DNA from: Auanema rhodensis | Taxonomy: Eukaryota > Animalia > Nematoda | Direction: 5' to 3' | Length of the DNA: 64,000 bases | NCBI GenBank assembly: GCA_964057225.1 | Contig: OZ059894.1 | Location: 12,586,001 to 12,650,000 of the forward strand | Shown: piece by piece, positions 11,121-26,800 of the stretch | Layout: every line of letters starts with the position of its first letter | How positions within the stretch are numbered: position 1 is the first letter of the stretch | Position numbers and translations under genes: made by a program | The notes under the pieces: generated by a model | The model's input: the letters and a program-made list of their open reading frames with translations, nothing else | What the model was told of the DNA's origin: nothing | Databases searched by the model: none

Positions 11121-13464
11121 AAGATGGTTTTTAATGTTTCAAATCTCAATGAACGAATGAATTGTTTCAAAACTATTGTAAAAATATGAGATTGTTTCAA
11201 AATACGTGATTAAATGAAGAAAATGGAGTAAAATGAATTGGAAAATTATAAAATATTTTCATGTTTTATTTCTTGAGTATCAAAATACTTAAACTTTTTT
11301 TTTTCACTGTTTAAAATCTTACAGAACGAATGAATTGTTTCAAAACTATTGTAAAAATTTGAGATTGTTTCAAAATACGTGATTAAATGAAGAAAATGGA
11401 GTAAAATGAATTGGAAAATTATAAAATATTTCCATGTTTTATTTTCTTAGTATCAGAAAATTCAAATTAAGATCGTTTTTAATGTTTCAAATCTTAATGA
11501 ACGAATTAACTGTTTCAAAACTATTGTAAAAATATGAGATTGTTTCAAAATACGTGATTAAATGAAGAAAATAGAGTAAAATGAATTGGAATATTATAAA
11601 ATATTTTCATGTTTTATTTCTTGAGTATCAAAATATTCAAACTTTTTTTTTTCACTGTTTAAAATCTTATTGAACGAATGAATTGTTTCAAAACTATTGT
11701 AAAAATATGAGATTGTTTCAAAATACGTGATTAAATGAAGGAAATGGAGTAAAATGAATTGGAAAATTATAAAATATTTTCATGTTTTATTTCTTGAGTT
11801 TCAAAATATTCAAACTTTTTTTTTCACTGTTCAAAATCTTAATGAACGAATGAATTGTTTCAAAACTATTGTAAAAATTTGAGATTGTTTCAAAATACGT
11901 GATTAAATGAAGAAAATGGAGTAAAATGAATTGGAAAATTATAAAATATTTCCATGTTTTATTTTTTTGTATCAGAAAATTCAAATTAAGATCGTTTTTA
12001 ATGTTTCAAATCTCAATGAACGAATGAATTGTTTCAAAACTATTGTAAAAATATGAGATTGTTTCAAAATACGTGATTAAATGAAGAAAATGGAGTAAAA
12101 TGAATTGGAAAATTATAAAATATTTTCATGTTTTATTTCTTGAGTTTCAAAATAATCAAACTTTTTTTTTTCACTGTTTAAAATCTTAATGAACGAATGA
12201 ATTGTTTCAAAACTATTGTAAAAATATGAGATTGTTTCAAAATACGTGATTAAATGAAGAAAATGGAGTAAAATGAATTGGAAAATTATAAAATATTTTC
12301 ATGTTTTATTTCTTGAGTTTCAAAATATTCAAACTTTTTTTTTTCACTGTTCAAAATCTTAATGAACGAATGAATTGTTTCAAAACTATTGTAAAAATTT
12401 GAGATTGTTTCAAAATACGTGATTAAATGAAGAAAATGGAGTAAAATGAATTGGAAAATTATAAAATATTTCCATGTTTTATTTTTTTAGTATCAGAAAA
12501 TTCAAATTAAGATCGTTTTTAATGTTTCAAATCTCAATGAACGAATGAATTGTTTCAAAACTATTGTAAAAATATGAGATTGTTTCAAAATACGTGATTA
12601 AATGAAGAAAATGGAGTAAAATGAATTGGAAAATTATAAAATATTTTCATGTTTTATTTCTTGAGTTTCAAAATATTCAAACTTTTTTTTTTCACTGTTT
12701 AAAATCTTAATGAACGAATGAATTGTTTCAAAACTATTGTAAAAATATGAGATTGTTTCAAAATACGTGATTAAATGAAGAAAATGGAGTAAAATGAATT
12801 GGAAAATTATAAAATATTTTCATGTTTTATTTCTTGAGTTTCAAAATATTCAAACTTTTTTTTTTCACTGTTTAAAATCTTGATGAACGAATAAATTGTT
12901 TCAAAACTATTGTAAAAATATGAGATTGTTTCAAAATACGTGATTAAATGAAGAAAATGGAGTAAAATGAATTGGAAAATTATAAAATATTTTCATGTTT
13001 TATTTCTTGAGTTTCAAAATATTCAAACTTTTTTTTTTTCACTGTTTAAAATCTTAATGAACGAATGAATTGTTTCAAAACTATTGTAAAAATATGAGAT
13101 TGTTTCAAAATACGTGATTAAATGAAGAAAATGGAGTAAAATGAATTGGAAAATTATAAAATATTTTCATGTTTTATTTCTTGAGTTTCAAAATATTCAA
13201 ACTTTTTTTTTTCACTGTTTAAAATCTTAATGAACGAATGAATTGTTTCAAAACTATTGTAAAAATATGAGATTGTTTCAAAATACGTGATTAAATGAAG
13301 AAAATGGAGTAAAATGAATTGGAAAATTATAAAATATTTCCATGTTTTATTTTTTTAGTATCAGAAAATTCAAATTAAGATCGTTTTTAATGTTTCAAAT
13401 CTCAATGAACGAATGAATTGTTTCAAAACTATTGTAAAAATATGAGATTGTTTCAAAATACGTG

Positions 13465-14862
13465 ATCAAATGAAGAAAATAGAGTAAAATGAATTGGAAA
13501 ATTATAAAATATTTTCATGTTTTATTTTTTGAGTATCAAAATATTTGAAATTATAACTTCTTTACTGTTAAAAACATTATTAACTGGATGATTTGTTTCG
13601 AAATTATTGTAAAAATATGAGATTGTTTCAAAATACGTGATTAAATGAAGAAAATAGAGTAAAATGAATTGGAAAATTATAAAATATTTTCATGTTTCAT
13701 TTTTTGAGTATCAAATAAATTAAAATTATATCTACTTTACTGTTAAAAACATTATTAACTGGATTATTTATTTCGAAATTATTGTAAAATTTAAAATTGT
13801 TCCAAGAAACATAATTAAATGAAGAAAATAGAGTAAAATGAATTGGAAAATTTTAAAATATTTTCATGTTTTATTTTTTGAGTATCGAAATATTTAAAAT
13901 TATATCTTCTTTACTGTTAAAAACATTATTAAATGAATGATTTGTTTCGAAATTATTGTAAAAATTTAAAATTGTTCCAAGAAACATGATTAAATGAAGA
14001 AAATGGAGTAAAATGAATTGGAAAATTATAAAATATTTCCATGTTTTATTTTCTTAGTATCAGAAAATTCAAATTAAGATCGTTTTTAATGTTTCAAATC
14101 TCAATGAACGAATGAATTGTTTCAAAACTATTGTAAAAATATGAGATTGTTTCAAAATACGTGATTAAATGAAGAAAATGGAGTAAAATGAATTGGAAAA
14201 TTATAAAATATTTCCATGTTTTATTTTCTTAGTATCAGAAAATTCAAATTAAGATCGTTTTTAATGTTTCAAATCTCAATGAACGAATGAATTGTTTCAA
14301 AACTATTGTAAAAATATGAGATTGTTTCAAAATACGTGATCAAATGAAGAAAATAGAGTAAAATGAATTGGAAAATTATAAAATATTTTCATGTTTTATT
14401 TTTTGAGTATCAAAATATTTGAAATTATAACTTCTTTACTGTTAAAAACATTATTAACTGGATGATTTGTTTCGAAATTATTGTAAAAATATGAGATTGT
14501 TTCAAAATACGTGATTAAATGAAGAAAATAGAGTAAAATGAATTGGAAAATTATAAAATATTTTCATGTTTCATTTTTTGAGTATCAAATAAATTAAAAT
14601 TATATCTACTTTACTGTTAAAAACATTATTAACTGGATTATTTATTTCGAAATTATTGTAAAATTTAAAATTGTTCCAAGAAACATAATTAAATGAAGAA
14701 AATAGAGTAAAATGAATTAGAAAATTTTAAAATATTTTCATGTTTTATTTTTTGAGTATCGAAATATTTAAAATTATATCTTCTTTACTGTTAAAAACAT
14801 TATTAAATGAATGATTTGTTTCGAAATTATTGTAAAAATTTAAAATTGTTCCAAGAAACATG
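13465..14862 (+). repeat. C1-C2-C3-B-B-C1-C2-C3 cassette (874 bp 5-mer period); recurs at 31382-32779 and 40442-41839, truncated at 28249-29297, single triplet at 21294-21817
   Basis: TGATCA marker at the start of C1 at 13467/14341, 28251/29125, 31384/32258 and 40444/41318, all offset by 874. Confidence 0.92.
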
Positions 14863-17800
14863 ATTAAATGAAGAAAATGGAGTAAAATGAATTGGAAAAT
14901 TATAAAATATTTCCATGTTTTATTTTCTTAGTATCAGAAAATTCAAATTAAGATCGTTTTTAATGTTTCAAATCTTAATGAACGAATTAATTGTTTCAAA
15001 ACTATTGTAAAAATATGAGATTGTTTCAAAATACGTGATTAAATGAAGAAAATGGAGTAAAATGAATTGGAAAATTATAAAATATTTTCATGTTTTATTT
15101 CTTGAGTATCAAAATATTTAAACTTTTTTTTTTCACTGTTTAAAATCTTACAGAACGAATGAATTGTTTCAAAACTATTGTAAAAATTTGAGATTGTTTC
15201 AAAATACGTGATTAAATGAAGGAAATGGAGTAAAATGAATTGGAAAATTATAAAATATTTTCATGTTTTATTTCTTGAGTTTCAAAATATTCAAACTTTT
15301 TTTTTTCACTGTTCAAAATCTTAATGAACGAATGAATTGTTTCAAAACTATTGTAAAAATTTGAGATTGTTTCAAAATACGTGATTAAATGAAGAAAATG
15401 GAGTAAAATGAATTGGAAAATTATAAAATATTTCCATGTTTTATTTTTTTAGTATCAGAAAATTCAAATTAAGATCGTTTTTAATGTTTCAAATCTCAAT
15501 GAACGAATGAATTGTTTCAAAACTATTGTAAAAATATGAGATTGTTTCAAAATACGTGATTAAATGAAGAAAATAGAGTAAAATGAATTGGAATATTATA
15601 AAATATTTTCATGTTTTATTTCTTGAGTATCAAAATATTCAAACTTTTTTTTTTCACTGTTTAAAATCTTAATGAACGAATGAATTGTTTCAAAACTATT
15701 GTAAAAATATGAGATTGTTTCAAAATACGTGATTAAATGAAGAAAATGGAGTAAAATGAATTGGAAAATTATAAAATATTTCCATGTTTTATTTTCTTAG
15801 TATCAGAAAATTCAAATTAAGATCGTTTTTAATGTTTCAAATCTTAATGAACGAATGAATTGTTTCGAAACTATTGTAAAAATATGAGATTGTTTCAAAA
15901 TACGTGATTAAATGAAGAAAATAGAGTAAAATGAATTGGAATATTATAAAATATTTTCATGTTTTATTTCTTGAGTATCAAAATATTCAAACTTTTTTTT
16001 TTCACTGTTTAAAATCTTAACGAACGAATGAATTGTTTCAAAACTATTGTAAAAATTTGAGATTGTTTCAAAATACGTGATTAAATGAAGAAAATAGAGT
16101 AAAATGAATTGGAAAATTATAAAATATTTTCATGTTTTATTTCTTGAGTTTCAAAATATTCAAACTTTTTTTTTTCACTGTTTAAAATCTTAATGAACGA
16201 ATGAATTGTTTCAAAACTATTATAAAAATATGAGATTGTTTCAAAATACGTGATTAAATGAAGAAAATGGAGTAAAATGAATTGGAAAATTATAAAATAT
16301 TTCCATGTTTTATTTTCTTAGTATCGGAAAATTCAAATTAAGATCGTTTTTAATGTTTCAAATCTCAATGAACGAATGAATTGTTTCAAAACTATTGTAA
16401 AAATATGAGATTGTTTCAAAATACGTGATTAAATGAAGAAAATGGAGTAAAATGAATTGGAAAATTATAAAATATTTCCATGTTTTATTTTCTTAGTATC
16501 AGAAAATTCAAATTAAGATCGTTTTTAATGTTTCAAATCTTAATGAACGAATGAATTGTTTCGAAACTATTGTAAAAATATGAGATTGTTTCAAAATACG
16601 TGATTAAATGAAGAAAATAGAGTAAAATGAATTGGAATATTATAAAATATTTTCATGTTTTATTTCTTGAGTTTCAAAATATTCAAACTTTTTTTTTTCA
16701 CTGTTCAAAATCTTAATGAACGAATGAATTGTTTCAAAACTATTGTAAAAATTTGAGATTGTTTCAAAATACGTGATTAAATGAAGAAAATGGAGTAAAA
16801 TGAATTGGAAAATTATAAAATATTTCCATGTTTTATTTTTTTAGTATCAGAAAATTCAAATTAAGATCGTTTTTAATGTTTCAAATCTCAATGAACGAAT
16901 GAATTGTTTCAAAACTATTGTAAAAATTTGAGATTGTTTCAAAATACGTGATTAAATGAAGAAAATAGAGTAAAATGAATTGGAAAATTATAAAATATTT
17001 TCATGTTTTATTTCTTGAGTTTCAAAATATTCAAACTTTTTTTTTTCACTGTTTAAAATCTTAATGAACGAATGAATTGTTTCAAAACTATTATAAAAAT
17101 ATGAGATTGTTTCAAAATACGTGATTAAATGAAGAAAATGGAGTAAAATGAATTGAAAAATTATAAAATATTTCCATGTTTTATTTTCTTAGTATCAGAA
17201 AATTCAAATTAAGATGGTTTTTAATGTTTCAAATCTCAATGAACGAATGAATTGTTTCAAAACTATTGTAAAAATATGAGATTGTTTCAAAATACGTGAT
17301 TAAATGAAGAAAATGGAGTAAAATGAATTGGAAAATTATAAAATATTTTCATGTTTTATTTCTTGAGTATCAAAATACTTAAACTTTTTTTTTTCACTGT
17401 TTAAAATCTTACAGAACGAATGAATTGTTTCAAAACTATTGTAAAAATTTGAGATTGTTTCAAAATACGTGATTAAATGAAGAAAATGGAGTAAAATGAA
17501 TTGGAAAATTATAAAATATTTCCATGTTTTATTTTCTTAGTATCAGAAAATTCAAATTAAGATCGTTTTTAATGTTTCAAATCTTAATGAACGAATTAAC
17601 TGTTTCAAAACTATTGTAAAAATATGAGATTGTTTCAAAATACGTGATTAAATGAAGAAAATAGAGTAAAATGAATTGGAATATTATAAAATATTTTCAT
17701 GTTTTATTTCTTGAGTATCAAAATATTCAAACTTTTTTTTTTCACTGTTTAAAATCTTATTGAACGAATGAATTGTTTCAAAACTATTGTAAAAATATGA

Positions 17801-20800
17801 GATTGTTTCAAAATACGTGATTAAATGAAGAAAATAGAGTAAAATGAATTGGAAAATTATAAAATATTTTCATGTTTTATTTCTTGAGTTTCAAAATATT
17901 CAAACTTTTTTTTTTCACTGTTTAAAATCTTAATGAACGAATGAATTGTTTCAAAACTATTATAAAAATATGAGATTGTTTCAAAATACGTGATTAAATG
18001 AAGAAAATGGAGTAAAATGAATTGAAAAATTATAAAATATTTCCATGTTTTATTTTCTTAGTATCAGAAAATTCAAATTAAGATGGTTTTTAATGTTTCA
18101 AATCTCAATGAACGAATGAATTGTTTCAAAACTATTGTAAAAATATGAGATTGTTTCAAAATACGTGATTAAATGAAGAAAATGGAGTAAAATGAATTGG
18201 AAAATTATAAAATATTTTCATGTTTTATTTCTTGAGTATCAAAATACTTAAACTTTTTTTTTTCACTGTTTAAAATCTTACAGAACGAATGAATTGTTTC
18301 AAAACTATTGTAAAAATTTGAGATTGTTTCAAAATACGTGATTAAATGAAGAAAATGGAGTAAAATGAATTGGAAAATTATAAAATATTTCCATGTTTTA
18401 TTTTCTTAGTATCAGAAAATTCAAATTAAGATCGTTTTTAATGTTTCAAATCTTAATGAACGAATTAACTGTTTCAAAACTATTGTAAAAATATGAGATT
18501 GTTTCAAAATACGTGATTAAATGAAGAAAATAGAGTAAAATGAATTGGAATATTATAAAATATTTTCATGTTTTATTTCTTGAGTATCAAAATATTCAAA
18601 CTTTTTTTTTTCACTGTTTAAAATCTTATTGAACGAATGAATTGTTTCAAAACTATTGTAAAAATATGAGATTGTTTCATAATACGTGATTAAATGAAGG
18701 AAATGGAGTAAAATGAATTGGAAAATTATAAAATATTTTCATGTTTTATTTCTTGAGTTTCAAAATATTCAAACTTTTTTTTTTCACTGTTCAAAATCTT
18801 AATGAACGAATGAATTGTTTCAAAACTATTGTAAAAATTTGAGATTGTTTCAAAATACGTGATTAAATGAAGAAAATGGAGTAAAATGAATTGGAAAATT
18901 ATAAAATATTTCCATGTTTTATTTTTTTAGTATCAGAAAATTCAAATTAAGATCGTTTTTAATGTTTCAAATCTCAATGAACGAATGAATTGTTTCAAAA
19001 CTATTGTAAAAATATGAGATTGTTTCAAAATACGTGATTAAATGAAGAAAATGTAGTAAAATGAATTGGAAAATTATAAAATATTTTCATGTTTTATTTC
19101 TTGAGTTTCAAAATAATCAAACTTTTTTTTTTCACTGTTTAAAATCTTAATGAACGAATGAATTGTTTCAAAACTATTGTAAAAATATGAGATTGTTTCA
19201 AAATACGTGATTAAATGAAGAAAATGGAGTAAAATGAATTGGAAAATTATAAAATATTTTCATGTTTTATTTCTTGAGTTTCAAAATATTCAAACTTTTT
19301 TTTTTCACTGTTTAAAATCTTAATGAACAAATGAATTGTTTCAAAACTATTGTAAAAATATGAGATTGTTTCAAAATACGTGATTAAATGAAGGAAATGG
19401 AGTAAAATGAATTGGAAAATTATAAAATATTTTCATGTTTTATTTCTTGAGTATCAAAATACTTAAACTTTTTTTTTTCACTGTTTAAAATCTTACAGAA
19501 CGAATGAATTGTTTCAAAACTATTGTAAAAATTTGAGATTGTTTCAAAATACGTGATTAAATGAAGAAAATGGAGTAAAATGAATTGGAAAATTATAAAA
19601 TATTTCCATGTTTTATTTTCTTAGTATCAGAAAATTCAAATTAAGATCGTTTTTAATGTTTCAAATCTTAATGAACGAATTAACTGTTTCAAAACTATTG
19701 TAAAAATATGAGATTGTTTCAAAATACGTGATTAAATGAAGAAAATAGAGTAAAATGAATTGGAATATTATAAAATATTTTCATGTTTTATTTCTTGAGT
19801 ATCAAAATATTCAAACTTTTTTTTTTCACTGTTTAAAATCTTATTGAACGAATGAATTGTTTCAAAACTATTGTAAAAATATGAGATTGTTTCAAAATAC
19901 GTGATTAAATGAAGGAAATGGAGTAAAATGAATTGGAAAATTATAAAATATTTTCATGTTTTATTTCTTGAGTTTCAAAATATTCAAACTTTTTTTTTTC
20001 ACTGTTCAAAATCTTAATGAACAAATGAATTGTTTCAAAACTATTGTAAAAATTTGAGATTGTTTCAAAATACGTGATTAAATGAAGAAAATGGAGTAAA
20101 ATGAATTGGAAAATTATAAAATATTTCCATGTTTTATTTTTTTAGTATCAGAAAATTCAAATTAAGATCGTTTTTAATGTTTCAAATCTCAATGAACGAA
20201 TGAATTGTTTCAAAACTATTGTAAAAATATGAGATTGTTTCAAAATACGTGATTAAATGAAGAAAATGTAGTAAAATGAATTGGAAAATTATAAAATATT
20301 TTCATGTTTTATTTCTTGAGTTTCAAAATAATCAAACTTTTTTTTTTCACTGTTTAAAATCTTAATGAACGAATGAATTGTTTCAAAACTATTGTAAAAA
20401 TATGAGATTGTTTCAAAATACGTGATTAAATGAAGAAAATGGAGTAAAATGAATTGGAAAATTATAAAATATTTTCATGTTTTATTTCTTGAGTTTCAAA
20501 ATATTCAAACTTTTTTTTTTCACTGTTTAAAATCTTAATGAACGAATGAATTGTTTCAAAACTATTGTAAAAATATGAGATTGTTTCAAAATACGTGATT
20601 AAATGAAGAAAATGGAGTAAAATGAATTGGAAAATTATAAAATATTTTCATGTTTTATTTCTTGAGTTTCAAAATATTCAAACTTTTTTTTTTCACTGTT
20701 TAAAATCTTAATGAACGAATGAATTGTTTCAAAACTATTGTAAAAATATGAGATTGTTTCAAAATACGTGATTAAATGAAGAAAATGGAGTAAAATGAAT

Positions 20801-23800
20801 TGGAAAATTATAAAATATTTCCATGTTTTATTTTTTTAGTATCAGAAAATTCAAATTAAGATCGTTTTTAATGTTTCAAATCTCAATGAACGAATGAATT
20901 GTTTCAAAACTATTGTAAAAATATGAGATTGTTTCAAAATACGTGATTAAATGAAGAAAATGGAGTAAAATGAATTGGAAAATTATAAAATATTTTCATG
21001 TTTTATTTCTTGAGTTTCAAAATATTCAAACTTTTTTTTTTCACTGTTTAAAATCTTAATGAACGAATGAATTGTTTCAAAACTATTGTAAAAATATGAG
21101 ATTGTTTCAAAATACGTGATTAAATGAAGAAAATGGAGTAAAATGAATTGGAAAATTATAAAATATTTCCATGTTTTATTTTTTTAGTATCAGAAAATTC
21201 AAATTAAGATCGTTTTTAATGTTTCAAATCTCAATGAACGAATGAATTGTTTCAAAACTATTGTAAAAATATGAGATTGTTTCAAAATACGTGATCAAAT
21301 GAAGAAAATAGAGTAAAATGAATTGGAAAATTATAAAATATTTTCATGTTTTATTTTTTGAGTATCAAAATATTTGAAATTATAACTTCTTTACTGTTAA
21401 AAACATTATTAACTGGATGATTTGTTTCGAAATTATTGTAAAAATATGAGATTGTTTCAAAATACGTGATTAAATGAAGAAAATAGAGTAAAATGAATTG
21501 GAAAATTATAAAATATTTTCATGTTTCATTTTTTGAGTATCAAATAAATTAAAATTATATCTACTTTACTGTTAAAAACATTATTAACTGGATTATTTAT
21601 TTCGAAATTATTGTAAAATTTAAAATTGTTCCAAGAAACATAATTAAATGAAGAAAATAGAGTAAAATGAATTAGAAAATTTTAAAATATTTTCATGTTT
21701 TATTTTTTGAGTATCGAAATATTTAAAATTATATCTTCTTTACTGTTAAAAACATTATTAAATGAATGATTTGTTTCGAAATTATTGTAAAAATTTAAAA
21801 TTGTTCCAAGAAACATGATTAAATGAAGAAAATGGAGTAAAATGAATTGGAAAATTATAAAATATTTCCATGTTTTATTTTCTTAGTATCAGAAAATTCA
21901 AATTAAGATCGTTTTTAATGTTTCAAATCTTAATGAACGAATTAATTGTTTCAAAACTATTGTAAAAATATGAGATTGTTTCAAAATACGTGATTAAATG
22001 AAGAAAATGGAGTAAAATGAATTGGAAAATTATAAAATATTTTCATGTTTTATTTCTTGAGTATCAAAATATTTAAACTTTTTTTTTTCACTGTTTAAAA
22101 TCTTACAGAACGAATGAATTGTTTCAAAACTATTGTAAAAATTTGAGATTGTTTCAAAATACGTGATTAAATGAAGGAAATGGAGTAAAATGAATTGGAA
22201 AATTATAAAATATTTTCATGTTTTATTTCTTGAGTTTCAAAATATTCAAACTTTTTTTTTTCACTGTTCAAAATCTTAATGAACGAATGAATTGTTTCAA
22301 AACTATTGTAAAAATTTGAGATTGTTTCAAAATACGTGATTAAATGAAGAAAATGGAGTAAAATGAATTGGAAAATTATAAAATATTTCCATGTTTTATT
22401 TTTTTAGTATCAGAAAATTCAAATTAAGATCGTTTTTAATGTTTCAAATCTCAATGAACGAATGAATTGTTTCAAAACTATTGTAAAAATATGAGATTGT
22501 TTCAAAATACGTGATTAAATGAAGAAAATAGAGTAAAATGAATTGGAATATTATAAAATATTTTCATGTTTTATTTCTTGAGTATCAAAATATTCAAACT
22601 TTTTTTTTTCACTGTTTAAAATCTTAATGAACGAATGAATTGTTTCAAAACTATTGTAAAAATATGAGATTGTTTCAAAATACGTGATTAAATGAAGAAA
22701 ATGGAGTAAAATGAATTGGAAAATTATAAAATATTTCCATGTTTTATTTTCTTAGTATCAGAAAATTCAAATTAAGATCGTTTTTAATGTTTCAAATCTT
22801 AATGAACGAATGAATTGTTTCGAAACTATTGTAAAAATATGAGATTGTTTCAAAATACGTGATTAAATGAAGAAAATAGAGTAAAATGAATTGGAATATT
22901 ATAAAATATTTTCATGTTTTATTTCTTGAGTATCAAAATATTCAAACTTTTTTTTTTCACTGTTTAAAATCTTAACGAACGAATGAATTGTTTCAAAACT
23001 ATTGTAAAAATTTGAGATTGTTTCAAAATACGTGATTAAATGAAGAAAATAGAGTAAAATGAATTGGAAAATTATAAAATATTTTCATGTTTTATTTCTT
23101 GAGTTTCAAAATATTCAAACTTTTTTTTTTCACTGTTTAAAATCTTAATGAACGAATGAATTGTTTCAAAACTATTATAAAAATATGAGATTGTTTCAAA
23201 ATACGTGATTAAATGAAGAAAATGGAGTAAAATGAATTGGAAAATTATAAAATATTTCCATGTTTTATTTTCTTAGTATCGGAAAATTCAAATTAAGATC
23301 GTTTTTAATGTTTCAAATCTCAATGAACGAATGAATTGTTTCAAAACTATTGTAAAAATATGAGATTGTTTCAAAATACGTGATTAAATGAAGAAAATGG
23401 AGTAAAATGAATTGGAAAATTATAAAATATTTCCATGTTTTATTTTCTTAGTATCAGAAAATTCAAATTAAGATCGTTTTTAATGTTTCAAATCTTAATG
23501 AACGAATGAATTGTTTCGAAACTATTGTAAAAATATGAGATTGTTTCAAAATACGTGATTAAATGAAGAAAATAGAGTAAAATGAATTGGAATATTATAA
23601 AATATTTTCATGTTTTATTTCTTGAGTTTCAAAATATTCAAACTTTTTTTTTTCACTGTTCAAAATCTTAATGAACGAATGAATTGTTTCAAAACTATTG
23701 TAAAAATTTGAGATTGTTTCAAAATACGTGATTAAATGAAGAAAATGGAGTAAAATGAATTGGAAAATTATAAAATATTTCCATGTTTTATTTTTTTAGT

Positions 23801-26800
23801 ATCAGAAAATTCAAATTAAGATCGTTTTTAATGTTTCAAATCTCAATGAACGAATGAATTGTTTCAAAACTATTGTAAAAATTTGAGATTGTTTCAAAAT
23901 ACGTGATTAAATGAAGAAAATAGAGTAAAATGAATTGGAAAATTATAAAATATTTTCATGTTTTATTTCTTGAGTTTCAAAATATTCAAACTTTTTTTTT
24001 TCACTGTTTAAAATCTTAATGAACGAATGAATTGTTTCAAAACTATTATAAAAATATGAGATTGTTTCAAAATACGTGATTAAATGAAGAAAATGGAGTA
24101 AAATGAATTGAAAAATTATAAAATATTTCCATGTTTTATTTTCTTAGTATCAGAAAATTCAAATTAAGATGGTTTTTAATGTTTCAAATCTCAATGAACG
24201 AATGAATTGTTTCAAAACTATTGTAAAAATATGAGATTGTTTCAAAATACGTGATTAAATGAAGAAAATGGAGTAAAATGAATTGGAAAATTATAAAATA
24301 TTTTCATGTTTTATTTCTTGAGTATCAAAATACTTAAACTTTTTTTTTTCACTGTTTAAAATCTTACAGAACGAATGAATTGTTTCAAAACTATTGTAAA
24401 AATTTGAGATTGTTTCAAAATACGTGATTAAATGAAGAAAATGGAGTAAAATGAATTGGAAAATTATAAAATATTTCCATGTTTTATTTTCTTAGTATCA
24501 GAAAATTCAAATTAAGATCGTTTTTAATGTTTCAAATCTTAATGAACGAATTAACTGTTTCAAAACTATTGTAAAAATATGAGATTGTTTCAAAATACGT
24601 GATTAAATGAAGAAAATAGAGTAAAATGAATTGGAATATTATAAAATATTTTCATGTTTTATTTCTTGAGTATCAAAATACTTAAACTTTTTTTTTTCAC
24701 TGTTTAAAATCTTACAGAACGAATGAATTGTTTCAAAACTATTGTAAAAATTTGAGATTGTTTCAAAATACGTGATTAAATGAAGAAAATAGAGTAAAAT
24801 GAATTGGAAAATTATAAAATATTTTCATGTTTTATTTCTTGAGTTTCAAAATATTCAAACTTTTTTTTTTCACTGTTTAAAATCTTAATGAACGAATGAA
24901 TTGTTTCAAAACTATTATAAAAATATGAGATTGTTTCAAAATACGTGATTAAATGAAGAAAATGGAGTAAAATGAATTGAAAAATTATAAAATATTTCCA
25001 TGTTTTATTTTCTTAGTATCAGAAAATTCAAATTAAGATGGTTTTTAATGTTTCAAATCTCAATGAACGAATGAATTGTTTCAAAACTATTGTAAAAATA
25101 TGAGATTGTTTCAAAATACGTGATTAAATGAAGAAAATGGAGTAAAATGAATTGGAAAATTATAAAATATTTTCATGTTTTATTTCTTGAGTATCAAAAT
25201 ACTTAAACTTTTTTTTTTCACTGTTTAAAATCTTACAGAACGAATGAATTGTTTCAAAACTATTGTAAAAATTTGAGATTGTTTCAAAATACGTGATTAA
25301 ATGAAGAAAATGGAGTAAAATGAATTGGAAAATTATAAAATATTTCCATGTTTTATTTTCTTAGTATCAGAAAATTCAAATTAAGATCGTTTTTAATGTT
25401 TCAAATCTTAATGAACGAATTAACTGTTTCAAAACTATTGTAAAAATATGAGATTGTTTCAAAATACGTGATTAAATGAAGAAAATAGAGTAAAATGAAT
25501 TGGAATATTATAAAATATTTTCATGTTTTATTTCTTGAGTATCAAAATATTCAAACTTTTTTTTTTCACTGTTTAAAATCTTATTGAACGAATGAATTGT
25601 TTCAAAACTATTGTAAAAATATGAGATTGTTTCAAAATACGTGATTAAATGAAGGAAATGGAGTAAAATGAATTGGAAAATTATAAAATATTTTCATGTT
25701 TTATTTCTTGAGTTTCAAAATATTCAAACTTTTTTTTTTCACTGTTCAAAATCTTAATGAACGAATGAATTGTTTCAAAACTATTGTAAAAATTTGAGAT
25801 TGTTTCAAAATACGTGATTAAATGAAGAAAATGGAGTAAAATGAATTGGAAAATTATAAAATATTTCCATGTTTTATTTTTTTAGTATCAGAAAATTCAA
25901 ATTAAGATCGTTTTTAATGTTTCAAATCTCAATGAACGAATGAATTGTTTCAAAACTATTGTAAAAATATGAGATTGTTTCAAAATACGTGATTAAATGA
26001 AGAAAATGTAGTAAAATGAATTGGAAAATTATAAAATATTTTCATGTTTTATTTCTTGAGTTTCAAAATAATCAAACTTTTTTTTTTCACTGTTTAAAAT
26101 CTTAATGAACGAATGAATTGTTTCAAAACTATTGTAAAAATATGAGATTGTTTCAAAATACGTGATTAAATGAAGAAAATGGAGTAAAATGAATTGGAAA
26201 ATTATAAAATATTTTCATGTTTTATTTCTTGAGTTTCAAAATATTCAAACTTTTTTTTTTCACTGTTTAAAATCTTAATGAACAAATGAATTGTTTCAAA
26301 ACTATTGTAAAAATATGAGATTGTTTCAAAATACGTGATTAAATGAAGGAAATGGAGTAAAATGAATTGGAAAATTATAAAATATTTTCATGTTTTATTT
26401 CTTGAGTATCAAAATACTTAAACTTTTTTTTTTCACTGTTTAAAATCTTACAGAACGAATGAATTGTTTCAAAACTATTGTAAAAATTTGAGATTGTTTC
26501 AAAATACGTGATTAAATGAAGAAAATGGAGTAAAATGAATTGGAAAATTATAAAATATTTCCATGTTTTATTTTCTTAGTATCAGAAAATTCAAATTAAG
26601 ATCGTTTTTAATGTTTCAAATCTTAATGAACGAATTAACTGTTTCAAAACTATTGTAAAAATATGAGATTGTTTCAAAATACGTGATTAAATGAAGAAAA
26701 TAGAGTAAAATGAATTGGAATATTATAAAATATTTTCATGTTTTATTTCTTGAGTATCAAAATATTCAAACTTTTTTTTTTCACTGTTTAAAATCTTATT

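Noticed and set aside
11787-11984. 65-aa minus-strand ORF (MNFLIQKNK...)
   Set aside because: It starts at TTG and is simply translated satellite. It is open only because this B monomer lost one A (atttttttgtatcag versus atttttttagtatcag, ~11969), which changes the reading frame. There is no recognisable domain or gene context.
13465-13988. C-family blocks as inserted foreign elements or MITEs
   Set aside because: They align end to end with A and B monomers and keep the 174-175 bp phase. No terminal inverted repeats or target-site duplications are present.
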